In this document: positions 36,129 through 39,847 of the stretch, piece by piece | How positions within the stretch are numbered: position 1 is the first letter of the stretch | How the letters are laid out: each line of letters opens with the position of its first letter | Source: Jimgerdemannia flammicorona | Lineage: Eukaryota | NCBI GenBank assembly: GCA_003990765.1 | Contig: RBNJ01000133.1 | Location: forward strand, 1 to 39,847 | Direction: 5' to 3' | DNA length: 39,847 nt | Notes under the pieces: generated by a model | The model's input: the letters and a program-made list of their open reading frames with translations, nothing else | Database searches by the model: none | What the model was told of the DNA's origin: nothing | Translations under genes and position numbers: made by a program

Positions 36129-39100
36129 ATAAATAGTACAACCAACATTTTTTCTTTGAACATGAATAGGTTATAGGGCGCTTATCAACGTAAGAACATT
36201 TTTACTTGGCTGAAGGGATTGGAGGCTGATCTCTTCCTCTTACAGGACATCAGGTGTGAGGATGACTTGGATAGACTGAAATGGATGAAGGAGTGGGGAG
36301 GTGAGGCAGTCTGGAAGGGCAAGGTTGGGATTCTGGTGTGGAAAGGCAGAGGAGAGATAAGGTATATGTGGAGCTGGAGGGATAGATTGGTCTGGGGAGA
36401 GTGGATATGCCCAGGTTGGGAGCCAGTCATGGTGGACTCCTGTTACTGCCCTGCAGTACAGGGTGAGCATATAAATTGGGTGAAGGGCCTATAGGAGAGT
36501 GGAGTTCTTGCAGAGGTTGGGGTAGATATGCTCAGTGGGGACTTCAATATTGTCCGAGATGTATTGAGGGATAGAACTGATGGAGGATGAGGAGCTGAGG
36601 GCCAGAGTGGAGGACTGGCAGCATGGGAGGAAGTGGAAAGACTGAGTGCTCTAGTGGATATGGGTAGAGAATGTTGGGGAGATAGGAGGGTGTACATGCA
36701 CTGGGCCAGGGGCCTGGGGATAAGGATTGATTGGATTCTGACAGCCAGCTGCTGGGGCTTGGATGTTTGGAAGTCGCTGGAGGTGGAATGGTGTCCTTGG
36801 TCAGATCATTGGGGGCTTTTAGGGCAGGGGTATTTTGGGGGGAGTGGGGATGGGCCTGGACATTGGCATCTCAATTCCTCCTTACTAGATGATAAGATCC
36901 AGTGGGATAAGTGGGCTGAAGACATTCAACTGCAAGTGGAGTGCTGGAGACAGGAAGGTGCCCCAGTTGGTATTCAGTGGATGAGGATGAAGGAGATGGC
37001 CAGGACCTTCTGGAGTGAGGCTGGTAAGGAGGCTGGGAAACAGAGGAGGCAGTGGGTGCGGTGGGCATCTGGTAGACTGTCTAGACTCTTGGAGGACTGG
37101 GTGAGACTGGTGACGTTGGAGGGGGAGGAGGACTGGAGATTGATAAGGGTAAGAATGGAGGTGGTTCAACTACAACAGGTGCTGCAGAATGAGAAAGAGG
37201 CAAGGGTCCAGGGTCTGGTGGCATGGCTTTGTTGGCAGGGGTTGGAGGAAGGAGAGCGGCCCTCAAAGTTTCTTACAAGAGCCCTTTAGGCAAGAAGAGT
37301 GCAACAAAGGTGGGAGGGGGTGCTTAATGCTGATGGTATATTGGTGCATAGTGTACAAGACATTCTTGGATCGTTAAAGGAGCATTGGAGTGGATTGTGG
37401 AGTGAGGAGGAGGGTGGGGCAGATACTGAGAACATTGACTGAGCATTGGAGGATTGGTACCCTACACGAGCAGATGGGCTGGGTGACTTAGTACTGCCAG
37501 TGCAAGAGGAGGAGATCTGCCAGATTCTTGCTATAACAACCTTGGGTATAGCACCTAGAGAGGATGGTCTGCCCTGGGACTTCTGGAAAAAAATGGTGGG
37601 AGTCCCTGGAGTACTGGGAGAGATGACAGCACTGTGTAATTGGATTCTACAGATGGGGAGATGGGTGGGAGAACAGGATCTGAGGCTGGTGATGTTGCTT
37701 TATAAGAATAAAGGAAGGCGAGAGGACTGGAAGAACTAGAGGCCGATTATGCTACTGGATATGGACAGAAAGTTGGTTACCAAAGTAGTGGTCACAAGGT
37801 TGCAAAAGGTGGCCCAGCAAGTCTTGGGTGATGAGCAGAGGGGCTTTGTGAGAGGCTGGCTCATCAGTGATGGCACAGCATGGGTTTATGGAGTTATTGA
37901 AGGGGCACGAGCCAGTGGACTGGATGGGCATCTGGTCTTTCTGGACCAGGAGAAGGCTTATGACTGAGTGTGATGGGTCTGGTTGGTGAAAGTATTGGAT
38001 AGGATTGGGGTCCCACACCAGTTCAGGACAGCCATGGTCAGCCTACTGGAAGGAAGCAGGGCTGCTCTCATGTGTAATGGATACAGAGAGATAGCATTTC
38101 CCCTGTCTAGGGGGATGCCCCAGGGGGACCCACTGTCCCCCATTTTGTATGCTCTTTCTCTGGAGCCCTTCATGGACAGAATCAGGCAGAAGATAGTGGG
38201 GCTCTCTATCTTTGGCATTGGGTGGAAAGTAGGGGTATTTGCAGATAACATAGTGGTCAGCCTGGGATCGATTGCAGATGTTGAGAAGCTCAAGGAAACA
38301 GTGGAGTGGTTTGAGGCAAACTCCAGGGCTAGGCTTAATTGGCATAAGTGCGAAACAATAGTGTTTGGCAATGGTCTGGTGGGAGGGGAGATTATTGGTA
38401 CCATTGTCCCTACTGGTGAGACAGTACAGTACTTGGGTATCTATCTGTCAGTATATGGGTCAGTTCTGCCCAGACTTTGGTGAGAGCAGTGGGTTGGCAT
38501 CTGGGAGGAGGCCCTGTGGAGTTGGGGGGGCCACCAATTGTCTCTGGCAGGACACGTTTTGATTCTGAACATCTATTGGCTGCTGAGGTTATGGTATCTG
38601 GCTTATCATCTGGACTTCCCAGCTTGGGTGGTGAAGTGATTGATGAAGCTGGCCAAGGGGTGGATCTGGGCTGAAAGGCAGAGTCAGATCAGCTGGGAGG
38701 TCTTGTCCTTACCGGTGGCAAGTGGGGGACTTGGGCTGATTGACTTTCCTAAGAGGCTGCACTGCTTGAGAGTATGGTGGCTAAAGAGAGCAGTGGAGTT
38801 GAAGGGGTGGTTGGGTCCCCCTACTGCAGAAAGTCTGGGAGATGAGGTCCTCTCCCAGGGGTTCGACTGGTGATCTCCTAGCACTTGTGGGCCTTCAGAA
38901 TATCAAACAATTGCAATACAAAGGCTTCTGGTGGGGAGTGGCAGAGGGGGTGTGCTGTATTGGAATTAGGTAGCCGGGGAATGAAGGGGAGGCAGCTTGG
39001 AACCCAGTGATGTGGAGATGGGACCGAGTGTTACTGGGCGGCATTCCCTTAATTGAGTTTGACATTGGTGATGGGATTGAATACCAATGGGGACCAGGCC

Positions 39101-39783
39101 AGGACCTGTGGCCTTGCAGTTGGCAAGGAGTAGGAATCAGCAAGGAGTAGGACTGGTATAGCATTTGGGCCTGGAGTGCCGAGGTGAGGAGGTGGCTGCC
39201 ACTGAAGTACTGGGTGGTCTGGTGGCATATGCTGAGGCAGAATGTCATGCTCAACTTCCACTCAGGTCACCTTATCAAGGGAGGTTGCTTCGACTGTGAA
39301 GAGTGTTATAATGTAGAGCAGGAAGGAGGATATGTGCAGATGCCTGAACATTGGCTAGGAGAGTGTGAGGTGCTTAGTACCTTTTGGCAGAACATTGAGG
39401 ATCATTTGGGGGTAGTGTGTAGGGGAGCTGGTGTGCAGGGGTGATGGGAGGATTTAAGGGATAAATTGGAGAGAGGGGTGGAGAAGGAATGGCTGACATT
39501 AGGCTGGGCTTTGGCCATTTGGGTGGGGCTGGCCAGTTACTGGTTATTTGTCTTTGAGGATGGAAGGAGACTTGCCTCAGAGGTCAGGCTGCTGAGGTGG
39601 CATAGTCTTATGGAAGACACCTTGATGGGCTGGTGGCTTGGTTGGGGGTTGCAGGGGGGTTGAAGGCATCATTTGGTAGAGAAAATCTATAGGCAGAGTG
39701 GGGGGAGGGTTGGAGTTGTGGGTGAGAAAGTGGTCTTTGTTCATATAGGTGGGGAGAGTGGCACCCCTATGGGAATCAGGTAG
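36129..39783 (+). pseudogene. LINE ORF2: AP endonuclease, reverse transcriptase, C-terminal Cys-rich domain
   Basis: SLNMN, DLFLLQD, GDFN, RIDWIL, SDH; APREDGLP, RPIMLL, FLDQEKAYD, GMPQGDPLSP, FADN, YLGI, GGLGL; CFDCEEC..EHWLGEC. Confidence 0.93.
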
Positions 39784-39847
39784 TGGGAGGGTATACTATA
39801 AACTTATTAATAGATGAGTAATAAATGGCAGAGTTCAAGTGACTATA

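Larger units (their letters stand above)
34060..39847 (+). mobile_element. Near full-length L1/Tx1-like LINE, decayed; 5' boundary approximate
   Basis: Abrupt switch to a G-rich strand; ORF1-like region then APE-RT-Cys-rich ORF2; AATAAA near 39820. Confidence 0.92.

Noticed and set aside
34046-39261. Long Pro/Ser-rich minus-strand ORFs
   Set aside because: Antisense shadows of the G-rich LINE coding strand with no motifs.

Overview
Eukaryotic, probably fungal (inferred; an early-diverging lineage is a guess), retrotransposon cluster with no recognisable host gene. It holds five + strand Ty3/Gypsy LTR elements. A (1-2881) is a 3' end only and the least decayed, nested in the 5' LTR of B. B (2882-11675) is near full length. 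C (12355-16690) is a 5' half with the same LTR family as A. D (19049-25634) is full length with short LTRs. E (26078-33003) is an internally deleted relative of B. There are also three non-LTR pieces: a near full-length L1-like LINE (about 34060-39847, +), a 5'-truncated LINE (16691-18640, -) and a bare poly(A) tail (11676-11790, -). All are riddled with C>T/G>A stops and separated by very AT-rich spacers. The main finding, from hand translation through decay stops, is that three LTR families with unrelated LTRs carry the same unassigned accessory gene (motif Y-x1-2-[IL]G-x2-L...[A]x[KR][ILV]xx[IL][FY]...D[FV]R plus an acidic tail). It lies after integrase in B and D, but inside the LTR behind its own TATA box in A and C. 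The elements also show a dUTPase and a CPH-x10-13-CxxC module between protease and RT, integrase apparently in a separate ORF, a structurally conserved hairpin before the PPT, and 4-bp ATAT target duplications. No database searches were run, so novelty is unverified.
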